A stretch of DNA of 64,000 bases, taken from contig OZ287701.1 in the NCBI GenBank assembly GCA_965649825.1, positions 981,101-1,045,100 on the forward strand, given 5' to 3'. Below the pieces are notes generated by a model, which searched no databases, was not told the DNA's origin, and saw only the letters and a program-made list of their open reading frames with translations. Below, one piece after another: positions 36,915-49,800 of the stretch; the stretch's first letter is position 1; the number at the start of each line of letters is the position of its first letter. The position numbers and the translations under genes are program-made. Source of the stretch: Penicillus capitatus. Taxonomy: Eukaryota > Plantae > Chlorophyta.

Positions 36915-38783
36915 CGATAACCATAAGCATATCGTTATTGAGAAGTTCGGTCGGGAGCCGACACCCGTGGCGACCGATGGTCAGAGCGCCAGGGTGGTTA
37001 CGACGGGGATCAACCGCTTCCAACGGCTACCGAGGACGGTTCTGCTATATCATCTTCTACACTTTCTCTAAAGCAAAGTGACCAAATAATTAAATTCCTA
37101 TTGTAATAAACGAAAAACTCCAATGGTTGGGGCAATCCAAACGAGTGCATAAAAAGGCTAAATTCTATGGCAGAACACTTGCCCCACCGCGCTGGAGAGG
37201 TTTTGTCGATACTGGCTAAAAAGTGCGGCGACGAACATTGGCGTGTGCGTCAAGCACAATGGCGCCATTAGCAGCGTCGTCGAGTCAGCGCCAAAATACG
37301 CCGGCGTTGTTCCCCTGACACTGGCAAGGGGGTTCGGCGATGAAGATATTGAACATATTCACTTACCTTTAAAATTTAAATGTATTAATCCTTCACAATT
37401 GTCAAAGGAAAGCTTCACGTATTATAGAGCAAAGGTATACACGTGTTTTCGTTCATGTCTTTGTATGCCACAGGTGACATGACACGTCGTGTAAGTGCCC
37501 CGTCAGAGACAGAACTCTTGGACAACAAGACAGTCACATCACGACGGCCCTGTTCCTCTGACAACAATATATTGCAACTTTAGAAATTAATGAGGCAATT
37601 AACTGTTGGATCAAGAAACGTCACTGTCGAATGACAGGACGTTTACCTATAAAACAACGTACTGATCGTCCTGAAAAGAATACCCGTCTGGATCTTCTCG
37701 CATCGCGGCCTCTAAGCGCTCAGACCAATCGCCGACCCTATCGGTCCTAACATAACGTTTAAACTTTTTCCCCGCCGTTTGCGTCGAGCGGCGATCGATG
37801 CCATCAACCGCGTTATCGCGGTATCCCCACACCACGCTGGCGATGTTCTGCCAACGCTGGTTATGAATTGCGGCGACGTCTCATGCGCCACTCCGGACGC
37901 GACTCGTTGAGGCCCACACGACGTTGCTGAGTAACATTTTCATCGCTCTGCTATAGCGGCTGCTGGCAAGTGGTCCAGAGTCTCTATCATAGCTGGTGAG
38001 CGGGGCGCTGCGAAGTGTGTTCTAGATATCTTTACTCTTCATCACAACGAATTGAGGGGATGTTGTCGCCTTGAGCGACTGCCCGCGTTAGCTATACGGG
38101 AGCGTACTAATCGATGAACGCAAACGCGGAACTCCCACGACTCTGTTGTCTTCTTTCACAATGGAGTTTTACACAGCATCGCTCTCGCGCAAGAGCATTT
38201 AATCATTCCTTTCGCTGGACTGTTTGCTCAGACACTTGTCTGATGACTGGTAAAACACCCAAGAATGCCGAGCCGCATTAAAGAGAGCGCCCCTACGCTT
38301 TGCATGTCCCATCATCGAACTGTGGAGCGATTCAAGATTTAACACTCAATGCCCCCGAGAAACAAGTTACCCCGATCGACGAATTCGACATACTATACAT
38401 ACATAGATTCTCTATACCGATCACATTAAAGGCGCTAAAAAATGTCCCGTCCACGAACGATCATACATATGAGAATACGACAGAAGTGGTCGATCGTGCG
38501 TAAAGCATACCATCCAGTCTCGAGATTTTGTCCGATGACAGCAGGTTCATTGCATCTTTGGTTAGTCCTTCGGTCCTTCGGATGATAGAAAATGCGACTC
38601 CCGAAAGTCGAAACAGAGAGGCTGTCTTCGGAAGCGTTTCTACTGGTAAAACGATATTCTTCGAAATCGCTGCAAAGGTGAAATAAAAGCGAAACAACTA
38701 AAATCATACACCCACAAATGACAGTAAACGAGAAAGAAATTGAAAGAGACCAAATGTCTGAGCAAGAAATCGGGTAGACGATC

Positions 38784-40972
38784 TTACTCATAATCAGCAG
38801 AGCAGCAAATGAGTTCCTTTCCATCCAGATTGGGTGACGTAAAATCGCACACCACACTGCTCGACGAAAGATTCTTAATCTGAGGAACGGGTTTTGTTGA
38901 TAGCGACGCCTTCCTGATGTCCGCGCAAGCGTCGAGAGGAGGGATGTTGAAATAACCTCTTTCCGGTATCTCTTCTAGTTTATCACCACACGGCCCCTCC
39001 GTTTGAAATTTGCACACATAGGCCATCCTCTTGTTGCAGTCCTTAGCATGCATGTTTCCAATGGCTCCTCTGGAGTCTATGGCGGCGCATTCTTCGTCCC
39101 TGTTCTCGTAGCGCGGCTCTTGAACGCCCCAGAAAGTAGAGTCATTCGAGAGATCTGGCAGATCGTCGTCCAACCACGAAAAGACTTCGTAGCCAGTCTT
39201 GTTAGCCCCGATCCACGACCCGTCGAGGGAGGCCAGACGGGCGACAAAGGCGAGCTCGTCATCGTCTTCGATGCTCACCAACTGCCCGCCCTGACTTCTA
39301 CATTTGGAGACGGCATCCTTCCATCGAACTCTCTCCGAAGATCCTCTGTAGTAGTCGCCTCTGAATTCGTAACAGAGGGAGGAGGTCGTCTCGTTGTTCT
39401 CAGCGCTTTCGTCGACGATTGGCAAGGGATCCACGCAGAGAGCTCTGTCATCGTGTGCGTGACGGTAGACCTGGAGCTCGCACGGCGTCTCCTGAGAGAA
39501 TCCGCATTGCGCCGACCTCTCGATGAGCTTGTGGAGTACGTCGTCCGGTGATGCTCCACTCTGGTTAAGTTCCTCCAGCAACACGTCGTGTCCGACCACT
39601 CCCAGGAAGATGTCGAGATCCGAGTCGCCTTTGGCGTAAAACGGCATGGCAACAGTTGTGACGATGCCCAGTCCGGAGGCGTCTTCGTAAGGTTCGATCC
39701 AGATTGGCGATCTGCCGCGCAGTCCCGCGGCCGTATACAGGTAGTAGGAGATGAGAGAATCCAGCGGATCCGTCCTCGGGCCCACGTATGCCCACGCGCC
39801 GCCGTTAGCACAGGCGATCTGGCGCGGAATGGCGTCGTCTGCGGCTTCGGACATGGAGTACGTAAAGATGGTGGCGCGCTTTCTTTTCCTCTGCCACAGC
39901 TTTCGCTGAAGCCTATCGATTGTGTTGGCTATCTCCGACGGCTTGACGCTTTCGTCATTCCATCCAGAGGTGTCTTTACCGTCTGTCAGAAAGAGGATGA
40001 TCTTCTGACAGCTCGAACACTGACCGTCGTCGCACCGATTGTCCCACAGCAGAGAGAACACCGTTTTGAATGCTGCGCTGAAGTTCGTGTTATTTGCAGG
40101 AGTTGTTGCCTTTAGCGCCTCCTTGGTCTCATTGATATTCTCCTCCGTCGCGCGAACGAGGCCAGAGTCTGTCCAGAGAGCTTTGGCTTCGTCCGAGAAC
40201 ACCACGACGTTCACTCGGTCTGCAATGGTCAGGGTGTCCAGCGTTTCATACACTGCCGCTGTAAGCAGCTCCCATTTCGTTGCGCCCTCTCTGTCGAAGG
40301 TATTATTCATCGACCCGGAGGCGTCGAGCACTAGAACGATGTCTTTCGGTCCTGTACTTGCTCCGACGAACCACGGTCGTTTGCGAGGATCGTAGTCGTC
40401 GCAAACGTAATCGTCTTTGGAGTTTTTTGCCCTGTGACGATCTCGAGGATCTCCAGGGTACTTGCGGAAGTGACCGTCCGTCGTTCCTAAATCACAATTG
40501 TCCGCATCCCATCCTTGACCTGTTTCATACCTAAGTACGTCCATGCTGATCTGGGTTCTCCGTTTTTCTTCACGAAGTCGTCGATACCTCTGTAGATGCA
40601 GATGCTCTCCTTGACTTCGTCACTTAAATCGTCCACGCGCATTCCTGGCGGAGTGTGGCATGTTGAGTTCTTCAAATCGATACGCCGTTCCTTCAAGTCA
40701 CATCCTGGATAGGATCCCAGGTACCCAACACACGACGCGTCAGAAAAATCATTTGAACAGGCATGTTTCGAGCATTCGCATTTCTTCACAAGCTCCTCTC
40801 TTCGCGCATAGTGTTTTTCTGCGTCATCCGCCAGATCACGCACAAATCTCTCTTTGGCGGCTATGAAATTTGTAACCTCTTTAGGCAAATCTCTTTGAGG
40901 TCGTCCCCGCGTCAGGAACAACATTGTAAGAAAAAGCGAGACAAAAAAGAACTCCCTTCCGCGAAAGCACAT
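38784..40972 (-). CDS. Secreted dCache + inserted VWA + C-type lectin domain protein, copy 2 (paralog of 16357-18518)
   Basis: Same intron position and architecture as copy 1; MIDAS DASGS; YDPRKRPWF; long near-identical nucleotide stretches shared with copy 1. Confidence 0.88.
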
Positions 40973-42025
40973 CGTTCAGTACACGTGGAAGAATGAAACG
41001 AGTGGTTGGAGTCTATCGAGACAAAGCTATGACACCAGAAGGAAACTCCGACCGTTTATGCGCGACCGTTGATCTCCTGTATGTACGTCAACGCAACAAC
41101 TGATGCTTTTCCTTTCAGGTACCAGGAAAATAGTGCACTCTTTAAAAGAAAAGCTGATGACAATGATGTCGCCTTACGCCGTCTTTTTACACAAACGTAC
41201 TGCGCCACAAGAAAGCGAACGTCTGTCGCTCGACTTGCAGGTTATGCAGCAAAACGCAGGACAAACTTCGCAGACGGTGAAACAAGGTTATGAAGATCTA
41301 GGCGTTTGTCTTTTCTACTAGACAGTGGGTGATGCGACAATCAAGACAACCTCGTCACCGTGTTCTTACAGCCAGAGAAAGCAGCCCATTCTACTGCCCT
41401 TAGAGTCAGCCTATCACAAGGCAACGATCTGGCCTTCAAGTGCGGTCGATGTCGTCATTGGACGTAATCTGCAAAGGAGAGGCATACAAAGCACAGAACC
41501 TGTCGCTTGTAGGTCTGACGAAGTTGAATGCGTACCCTCTAAGACAACTGATTTTCGCACTCGGCGATCCTGCACATTTGTGGACTTGTTTGCTGCCCGT
41601 GTCAGATCTCTCTTTAACATTCGCACGTGTTTCGAACGCGTTTTTTATTCCTAAGCCTCACGGAGAGGGTTGAAAGCATACTGTCTTTCATTCGCAAAGC
41701 AGCGAGCAATTCATTGGAATGCTATCGATATAACCATTCTAAGAAAGCCACATCGTCTGACGCAAAACCATCTCTACGATGCGTGTATCCTTATCGATCA
41801 CAACTACAGGTGAAATCTAGAAACAGAACAGTGGAAATTATTCACGCAGGACATTGCATCGCTGTCGTTGTCTTTGCGATGAGTTTAGAGGAATTGCCAC
41901 TTGTTGAACGGTCTTCGCTTTTTAGCAAACCGTTTACACGAGTTGTTGGCCAAATTGAGACCAGACAGAAACGAACAAGTGTGGCGGCTAGCAATAATCT
42001 ATGAGTCTTACACATTCAATTTCAC

Positions 42026-44193
42026 TTAAGCACACTCCATAGAACTCTTGGCAGCCTTAAGAAATTGCTTCAAGGCTGCCAGTCTTCTGTCCACATCGTC
42101 AAACTCCTCCCGACGTTGCGGCGCTGTGCTGTCCGTATCATCTGGATACCTTTCCTCTTCGGTCTTCCACGCTGGACAGCGCGAGACGCATTGAATGGAT
42201 GCCGTGATCAGGAATGATGATTACACACTTCTGCCCGGAGTTGCTGCGAATCTGTGGAGCTTCTCTTTAATCGCTTGCAAGGCATGGCACGGCGACAACG
42301 AGCCTTCCGAGCTCACAACAGATGATCCGACAGACGGTGGACCTGCGCCGCCATTCGACACCAATGACCACAAACGCTTATCTCACGCGTTTTCTTGGCA
42401 GAAGGTTTAGAAATTGACGGAGACTTGTGCGCCGAGTGGTCGTGCGAGACTGGATGGCCTCTCCGAGTCGACACTCGCGAACTGCTGTTTCCGCTTTTGT
42501 AAGATAGACGACTATCTATGATCACGACGCGTCGTTCGACGGGATAGATATCAAACACAAGAGTTGTACCTGCGGAACCTGTTCGGGAGCTTTCGCCTCC
42601 AGTTGCAGGGGTTTTCCGTCGACGATCGAGCTTCCTTTGCTTTTCCTGCTTCTCTCTGATGTATGCTGTCGGATCAAATCTGCCCTTCGATGACGTCGCC
42701 GACCGGCCGCGAGATCTTCCACTACCACTCGTGCAGTATCCTGCCAAAGAACCACGGGAAAGAAGAGAGTCCGATTATGACGGTGGTACCAGAGACGGCA
42801 GGAGAACCGTCTCTCTTCTTCGGCGTCTTGGACTCCCTGCATTCGAACGAAGCCAGTCGACAACGCCACGTGCCATCCTCGCCTACCCTATGGAACGATG
42901 CGGCGATGCCTGTGACTTCGACAGCGGCGCTGAGCGTCTCCTGGCCGTTGGCAGTCCGTGCGCAGCAGATCTGCAGAAGCGCATTGAACTGTCTGAAAAG
43001 GTTTGTGTACTGACCGGATGTGCTCTCGGCTAGTGCAGCTTTGCAGCATGTCGACCTGTCTTTGCAGCTCTCGGCTGTAACGCTTCTCCTCTTTCAGATC
43101 TTTCTCACACTTTCTCAAATCTCGCTCCATCTAAGCGTCCAGAGAATTCGGCAATATATTGCGCCACGACGCCGACTCCAACCGTTTCGCAGTCCTTGTT
43201 GCGTTTCCGCAGTTCTCTTCGATATCGACACCGTTCTCTCTCCAGTTCGTTCTGCATCTCTTGGAGTCGACTCCGCAGCGCATCTCTTTCTTTAGCAACC
43301 TCCACGAAACGGCCTCGGTTTGGGCACCTTGACTTGTGGCTTTCTTTCGACCTGATACCATTCGCGTTGCTGCGAAACGCCATCCGAGTTCGGTCGCCGT
43401 GTTCGCGCTCTTTGACATACGTCTTGACACTCCGCCGTCTTCGTCGGCGTTTTGACAGGCGCTTGCATCAAAGGCACGACGATCTACCTCCAAAATCAAA
43501 CCGTCCGCGCCACTTCATACATACTCCGTGCCTCACATCGCAGTCCTGGTCGTCGGCCGTTTTCCGAAACGTCTCCAGTTCCGCCCGAAGATCACAGATC
43601 ACACGTCTGAGGCGTTCTGGATCCGGAACGTCTTCGAATGCCAAAGGCAGTGGATAGTGCACCCGATCGAATTCCGAAGCATAGGTCAGAATCAGATACC
43701 GCTTGTTATTCGGAACCAGTCCACGTGTCCTAGCCGTCCGTCCAGGCGAAGCCGGACTGAGACCCTTGCTCTGACGCAAGTGCTCCACATCGTTGTACGT
43801 CAAAACGTCGACCGTCACCGACGCACTACGACGTTGCAGAGCGGATTCCAGCATCCGCACAAAGACACAGAATTTTTTGAAGCTTCCCGTCTTGCCAGTG
43901 ATCTCTTCGATATCTGAAGAGCGACATCGCTGGCAGAAAACGGTCGACAGCCGTCGGGCTTACATTTCGCACTGAACGCGCCTTTCCACCGCGACGCGTC
44001 GCATTTCTGCTCGATCTCCACTTCGAGGACATCCGGTTTGAGCGCAAAGACGCTAACGAGATAGTCAATGCCATTGAAGCTATGCTCAGCCTGTAACGGA
44101 AACGCACGTCGCCTTCGCTCGCAACGGCGAAAAGACGACCGTGTGGGACAACTCGCCAGGACGGTCGGACGTCTGACTGTCAAAGGCACGCAT
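42026..44193 (-). CDS. CCDC61: CCDC61/VFL3 centriole/basal-body coiled-coil protein
   Basis: IEEITGKTGSFKKFCVFVRMLESAL, VDVLTYNDVE, KRYLILTYASEFDRVHYPLPL, coiled coil, and the C-terminal DVDRRLAALKQFLKAAK...* motif. Confidence 0.9.
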
Positions 44194-44283
44194 CGTCCCA
44201 ACGCAAAATGACCCGTTTCGGCCTATATGACGCGTCATTGACCAAATCGCCCTGCACACCGCGATGCCGGATCGAGACGCCCT

Positions 44284-44969
44284 TTACACAGGTCGCGCTT
44301 TCGACACAGCCATATGGATCTCCACCAGTTTGCCCTGGAGTTCGCGTTTCCTCTTAGAATTGCGCTGGAGTTTCACATCCTCCGTCATGCGATCCAGCAG
44401 TTTAAAAAAATACCCATCGTTCATCTTCATCGCCTCCAAACTCTCGTCCGTCGCCAACATCTCCTTACGCTTCGGTTGCGACGTCTCTTCTAACAGTTTG
44501 TTCAGCAGCTGCAGGAGATCGCTGCCAGATCTAGCTACATGTCGGCATCGACGCATACCTGTATTTCGGGACGGAGTGATCGGTTCTTGGCGTGCATAGA
44601 GATTCGAATGACGGATTCGAGTTTTTCGACGACGGCAGGCTGATTCTCTTTCTTCGCCATTTCGAGATACGTCGAGGCAATGGTGAAGAAATTTTCGTCG
44701 AGCTTCTCGGCGAGCTCTTCCGCCTTTTTCTCGGTATCCTTGGCGGCGATAATCTGCGCGAGTGTACGCGAAGAGTCGACCTGTATCTGTCTCGAAGCAT
44801 CGGGACTGTAGAGCCCTTCCCCCGCCGCCTTTGTCACGACGACAGCCGATCGCTTCGTCCGCAAAACACGAAGACGCGATGCGCAAAGATTCAACGTAGG
44901 CGAAAGCCGACAGCGAGTGACAGGCAATCGGTGCATTTTGAGGGAGGCCTGCAAAACAGGCAGCGTCAT
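44284..44969 (-). CDS. Probable plastid-targeted helical protein (weak PALE CRESS-like resemblance)
   Basis: Transit-peptide-like N-terminus; EELAEKLDENFFTIASTYLEMAKKE...LRPEIQ|LLNKLL with one intron. Family assignment is tentative. Confidence 0.6.
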
Positions 44970-45470
44970 CAATTTGAAGATGACGTCGTTTGATGACGAC
45001 GACTCCTTCCTTCATCACGTCGCGGCTTGAGGCTCCTCTCGCCGCACAGGCGACAGTGCCACGAAACCGAACCCTTATCACCCTCCCTTAACACGCGACG
45101 GAACTTAGCACTGCTGCATTTCGAGGAGCGCTGCACTTGGTCAGAAACGTCTGGTCGAGAAGAGGAAGAGCACAGCGACGGCAGAAGCTGTTGCGAACTG
45201 GTGTGGTCAGCCTTAGACCGTTCTCTGCGGCATACTGACAACGACGGGTCACACTTTCCAATCGGAAGTGCCTTCCTTTACCAGTAGTGCGGTGTGACCC
45301 AAATAGCTCGCCACTCTGAGATCGCCGCCGTTTTCGCGCGCCGCCAGATGTGCCGCATCGCGCAGAAAGACAAAACGTTGGTACTCGACCGTCGCGCTTT
45401 GCTCTTTGTGTGTGAGCGGTCGTGCGCAAAAACGTTCTCGAGACATGAGGCTTTCACAAACAACCACCAT
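44969..45470 (-). CDS. RPP21: RNase P/MRP subunit Rpp21/Rpr2-like
   Basis: FVFLRDAAHL, ASYLG, LRLTTPVRNSFCRRC..LL and, after a 50-nt intron, VSWHCRLCG give the two CxxC pairs of Rpr2/Rpp21. Confidence 0.75.
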
Positions 45471-45510
45471 TCGTGACACCCTTGATCTATCACATTTTGT
45501 CCATTTGATC

Positions 45511-46010
45511 TCAATTCCAATAAAAAGTGTATAAAACGGCCGCCCCCACGACGAGGAAAGGAATGAGGATGCGTAAGAGTGTCACAAGTCCATTGTTGCG
45601 TACCACTGGAGGGAATTGCATTTGTTCTTCCTTCTTTTTCTCGATGGAGGGATCGCGCTCCTAGCAAACGTCACATCACCCAAATAGGACAGGCGGCATG
45701 TGGTAAACAAACGTTGCAGACACCGACTTCATACTTCACGAGCATCTCGCGTGCCGAAGGGCTGTGACCGATATCTTCAAACTCCTCTGACGCGTCGCGC
45801 CCTGCAGACCACACGTCACTTCAGCGCTACAGCCATGTGCATCGCACCGGCGTTCTCCAGGAGGATATCTTCGCCTCCCGGGTGCTCCTCTAGAAACGAT
45901 CCGACGTCATAGACTTTGCCGTGAATCACGAGCCAACATGACTCGCGTGTTACGTGCGCTCCGACGTCGGCTAAAGAATAGGTCTTCACCTCAGATGCGG
46001 TGTCCGTCAT
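45511..46010 (-). CDS. CYB5: Cytochrome b5, tail-anchored
   Basis: CWLVIHGKVYDV..FLEEHPGGE heme motif, EFEDIGHSPSAREML, and C-terminal TM LLRILIPFLVVGAAVLYTF; 3 exons. Confidence 0.95.
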
Positions 46011-46062
46011 TTTGGAGTGCGAATGGACGCATTTCGATGAGGTCGTTTTGCTTTCATACGCG

Positions 46063-46733
46063 ATGGGACGACATTGGAAGACGATCGCGCCGATGTTTCG
46101 TCGATGCCCTGTGTGGCGCATCGTCGAGGGCGATCTCGTGCAGATCGTCGCGGGAAAGGACAAAGGGGAAACGGGAAAAGTGCTGTCGGTGCTAAAAGAC
46201 AACAGAAAACCGAAAGTCATTGTGGAAGGACGAAATATAGTATGCAGTGGATGACCATCGACTCTCCTGTCACATCACGCCCTCTCCAGGTGCAGAGACG
46301 GATACCCAAGACAGTGGAAGGACCTGGACAGATCGTTCAAAAAGAGGTATCGCCCATGAACACGCTCGTGTGACTGAGTACCGCACCCAGGCGGCGATTC
46401 CCTATTCGAATGTACGTCTCTTGGACGTCGTGACGAAGAAACCTGTAAGAGTGACCTTCAGGTGTGAGATCAGTCTTAAGCAAGGGAAGGAGTGGCCGAC
46501 GGTACGGCAGGTTTTTGGAAGATGGGACGCGGGTCCGTGTCAGCGTGGGAAGACAAGCATCCAATACGATCGTCCCCTTCCCAGAGGTCTCTTCCGAGTC
46601 GTCCATCCCAGCGGACTACAAAGGTCACATCAGATACCGTCACACCATTTCTCACTCTTTCGTTACAGCGAGTGAGAAGGAGACGCCAGGGTCAGTTGCG
46701 TTGAGAGAAACGTACTTTCCTCCCATGAAATGA
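46063..46733 (+). CDS. MRPL24: Mitochondrial ribosomal protein uL24m
   Basis: WRIVEGDLVQIVAGKDKGETGKV (KOW), VIVEGRN, EAAIPYSNVRLLD, FLEDGTRVRVS; 5 exons. Confidence 0.9.
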
Positions 46734-46809
46734 CAGCCGATGTGACGTTTGGCATTTATCGATCGATGCATGTCGTCTGTTTCGATTTTTTGGCGCTCGT
46801 TTGGATATC

Positions 46810-49800
46810 ATGGCGCCTGTCGACGTTACGGAACTCCATTGGGAAAGCTTCACGCGTTTCCTCGCCCAATGCAATTTTCCATCACTCGTCCAACAGTTCG
46901 CTAATCGCCAGACGCCTTTCTTCAAAGGCCTCGGCCTTTTTCGAAAACGCGACGACGACGCCGATGACGACGCAATGAAACGAAGCGGCTTCGTGCTCAA
47001 CGGCACGCGGATCGAGATCAAGACCGAATGGTTCGACGACGCCCGCAAGATCAGCCGAGACCTCGTGAGCCACACCTCTACCCACCTGCTCCTCACATCG
47101 CCTCCCGCAGAAACTGCATCTCTACCAAGCGTATCGCATCCGAGAGATGTTGAATGACGTTATAGGGCCGATTGATGCGGCGACAGTTCGAAAAAGGGTC
47201 GGTCGATGGGTTGGGTGAACAACACAGAGGCTTGTGTGCGGCCTTAGGCAAAGGAAGTGTATTTTGTGGAGCGCCTTGCGCTGATCAAGAGCGTTCGCGA
47301 CGTCCTGCACGAAAGTGTGACAAGTACATAAGCCGCCTGTCTTTTCAGTTGATGTGACAGCTGCTGGTGATCAAAGGACTCAACGCACGGGATCCAGCAT
47401 TGGAGTTGCTGGTAGCAGAGCTGCAGACAAAGGACGTCATTTCGCAACTCGTCGCCGAACTGGTCTGCCATCTGAAGTCGCTATCACTCAACAACCATCC
47501 ATCTCCCACCCCTGTCAACGCGGTCCTGCTAAAAAGAGTGAGAACAGGGCACAAGTGTGATGCTGCAGGGAGAGAAAGAATTGGAAGTCTTGGTGGATAT
47601 TGCGATGCTCAGTTTTCGCAAACGATGCTGCGCATTGGCTTCTCTCCTCGATCTCTGCACCGCCATTCGTCATCTCTCCGATGGCAATATCCAGCAAGAG
47701 CTCTATGCGAAGCTGACCTTGGTGCCGATGCTGGGATACGGACTGTGGAGTCTGCTCGAATTGCAGCCGACAGAGAGACATCCGTTTCATGACGAATACG
47801 CCGATCTGGACAAGTTCTTTGTGGAATGGAACTATGAAGACAGTCAACCGCAAAACGCCATTGTCCACATCTCATGGCATCTCTTCCGCAGCATCTTCTC
47901 AACGATAACGACCGCCGCCACTTCTGGTCACTCTTCCATACCACTCCATTCTCACACATTGCCTCCTGTATTCTAGAAACGATGGATGTGACGTTTGTCA
48001 GCGATGTGGGCATCCAGTGCGTCCCGCCATTGATCCGGACAATGTTGAGTATTATGGAAGGAGTGGAGGAGGAGAGTCTTGTGCGTGAGTGTCTCTTGAT
48101 GATGATGGGCGCCTGTTTACACGATGCCAGTTTTCTGACCCATGGACAGCAATCGATGCAAGCATTCCAGGCCATCGCCGATATCTGCCACGGTATGCAT
48201 CCTCCCTATATCACCGCCCATCTCTAACCTCCAGGCAACGCCTTAGGGGATGAATTTGTGTGTCGGGCGTTTATCCTGTCGCCGACGCATCGTAAACTGT
48301 CTGCCCTGCTGTGCGAGATGATCAGTTACATAAACTTCGATCCGAAGCCAGCCATGACGCTGATGATGGGATTCTGTCACCCCGAGATCGCCCCGAGCTT
48401 TGCAGCATTTGTGAAGGAGAACGCCACACGCGCGACAGTCGTGCATTCCCAGAGCGACCTGCGATATGTCAATGCAGATCCCGACCGTGGCACCGTCACC
48501 GCCAGCACGAGCATCACTCCATCGATCGGATTCCAAATCATAATCCCACAGGTAGGCCACGCACGACACACGACCACAGAGATGACGACGACGTGTGTTC
48601 AGCATGCAAAGGGCGAGATCGCGGCAGGACGTCCACCGCAATGGATTGTATCGACGACGCATGATGCTGTCGCGGTGGCGTGGCAGATCTACTCCTTTGG
48701 CGATATCTTTACCTTTGCCTACCAGCGATGCATCACTCAGTTGCGTTCGGAAGAAGGTCGCCACAGAGATTCCATCCTGCCCGATGCAGAGAAGCTCCTC
48801 CACTTTGCCGTTGCGTTTTTTGACGCCACAGATCTGACGGAATCCAACTTCCTGCCCTTCCGGCAAAGTAATCGCGTCGCAGGCAGCCAGAGGAGCCTCG
48901 TCGAGGAGACTGTCTTCCTCATGAATGTCTTCCAGAACGAAGGGCGTCCAGTATCGCAAGTGCTGCTCTTGCTCAGGCAGTTCTGTCGTTTCAGTCCGTC
49001 CGAAGTGTTTACGGCCCTCCAAGAATCGCCGTTCCTATCGACGGCCCGTTCATCTCTGCATCAAATCCAAGAAACCCTATCGCTGTCTGCATCTGGCTCC
49101 GCAACGGAGAACTTTCATCAAGCCTATGCCACGATCGCACTGCTGACAGAGTTTGTGAGACAGAAGCATCTCTTTGACGAGCTGTCTCTCTGCTTGACCA
49201 CCATCTGCAACCAACTACTGGCCAAGCTGAAGCACCCCTGCGATGAAACCGAACAGAAGACAAGGATCACGCTCTTCGGATACGTTATCTCCTTTCTGCA
49301 TCAGATCTTCCTTCTCGGCGCCGAGGAGGAGCTCACTCAAAAACTCGTCGCCCAATTCCGAGAAGGCTTCTGCATCGAAGACGTCGTCCGTGGAGTGCTC
49401 AAGCTGATGCCGCGTCGCCTGGCAGATGTCCAACGACACCAGACACAGCTCATGACGACCCTCTGTGCTTTTCTCGCCGATGTCCTCAGCGAAACGACGC
49501 ATCTGACATCGGCACTCGTCCAGAAGATCGTGCGATCGCTCTTGACACGTGGCTACTGGGATTCTCAGTCGCCCACAGCGCAGCTGGCGCTTTTCATTGC
49601 TAAGGCTCAAGAAGTGGAAGCGGCGGCTGTTGCGGACGTCGAGTGTTCAACAGCGGCACTGAGATTCTTCTCAGCCTTGCTGCATCAGTTCGAGACGCAC
49701 AAACCAACACTCGAGAGCTTTCGACTGATCGATGCCTTGCCTAAGGATGGCACACACGTGCATCCGTCCTTTCGCCGAAGCGTCCTGCTCATATCTTACT

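Larger units (their letters stand above)
35098..36932 (-). mobile_element. Rearranged, defective non-LTR retrotransposon (LINE) insertion with an 18-bp target-site duplication
   Basis: CGATAACCATAAGCATAT at 35098-35115 and 36915-36932 flanks the insert. Inside, on the minus strand: an RT fragment, then a short UTR, an ORF1-like region and a short tail ending TATCTATAT. Confidence 0.82.

Noticed and set aside
38435-38790. Hydrophobic ORF after lectin/VWA copy 2 as a transmembrane-anchor exon
   Set aside because: Not in frame with the main ORF; no single plausible intron joins the hydrophobic part, so it may simply be T-rich intron or UTR sequence.
44284-45081. 265-aa ORF apparently spanning RPP21 and the plastid gene
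   Set aside because: It is only the reading frame of the plastid gene's last exon extended upstream; spliced models explain the region better.
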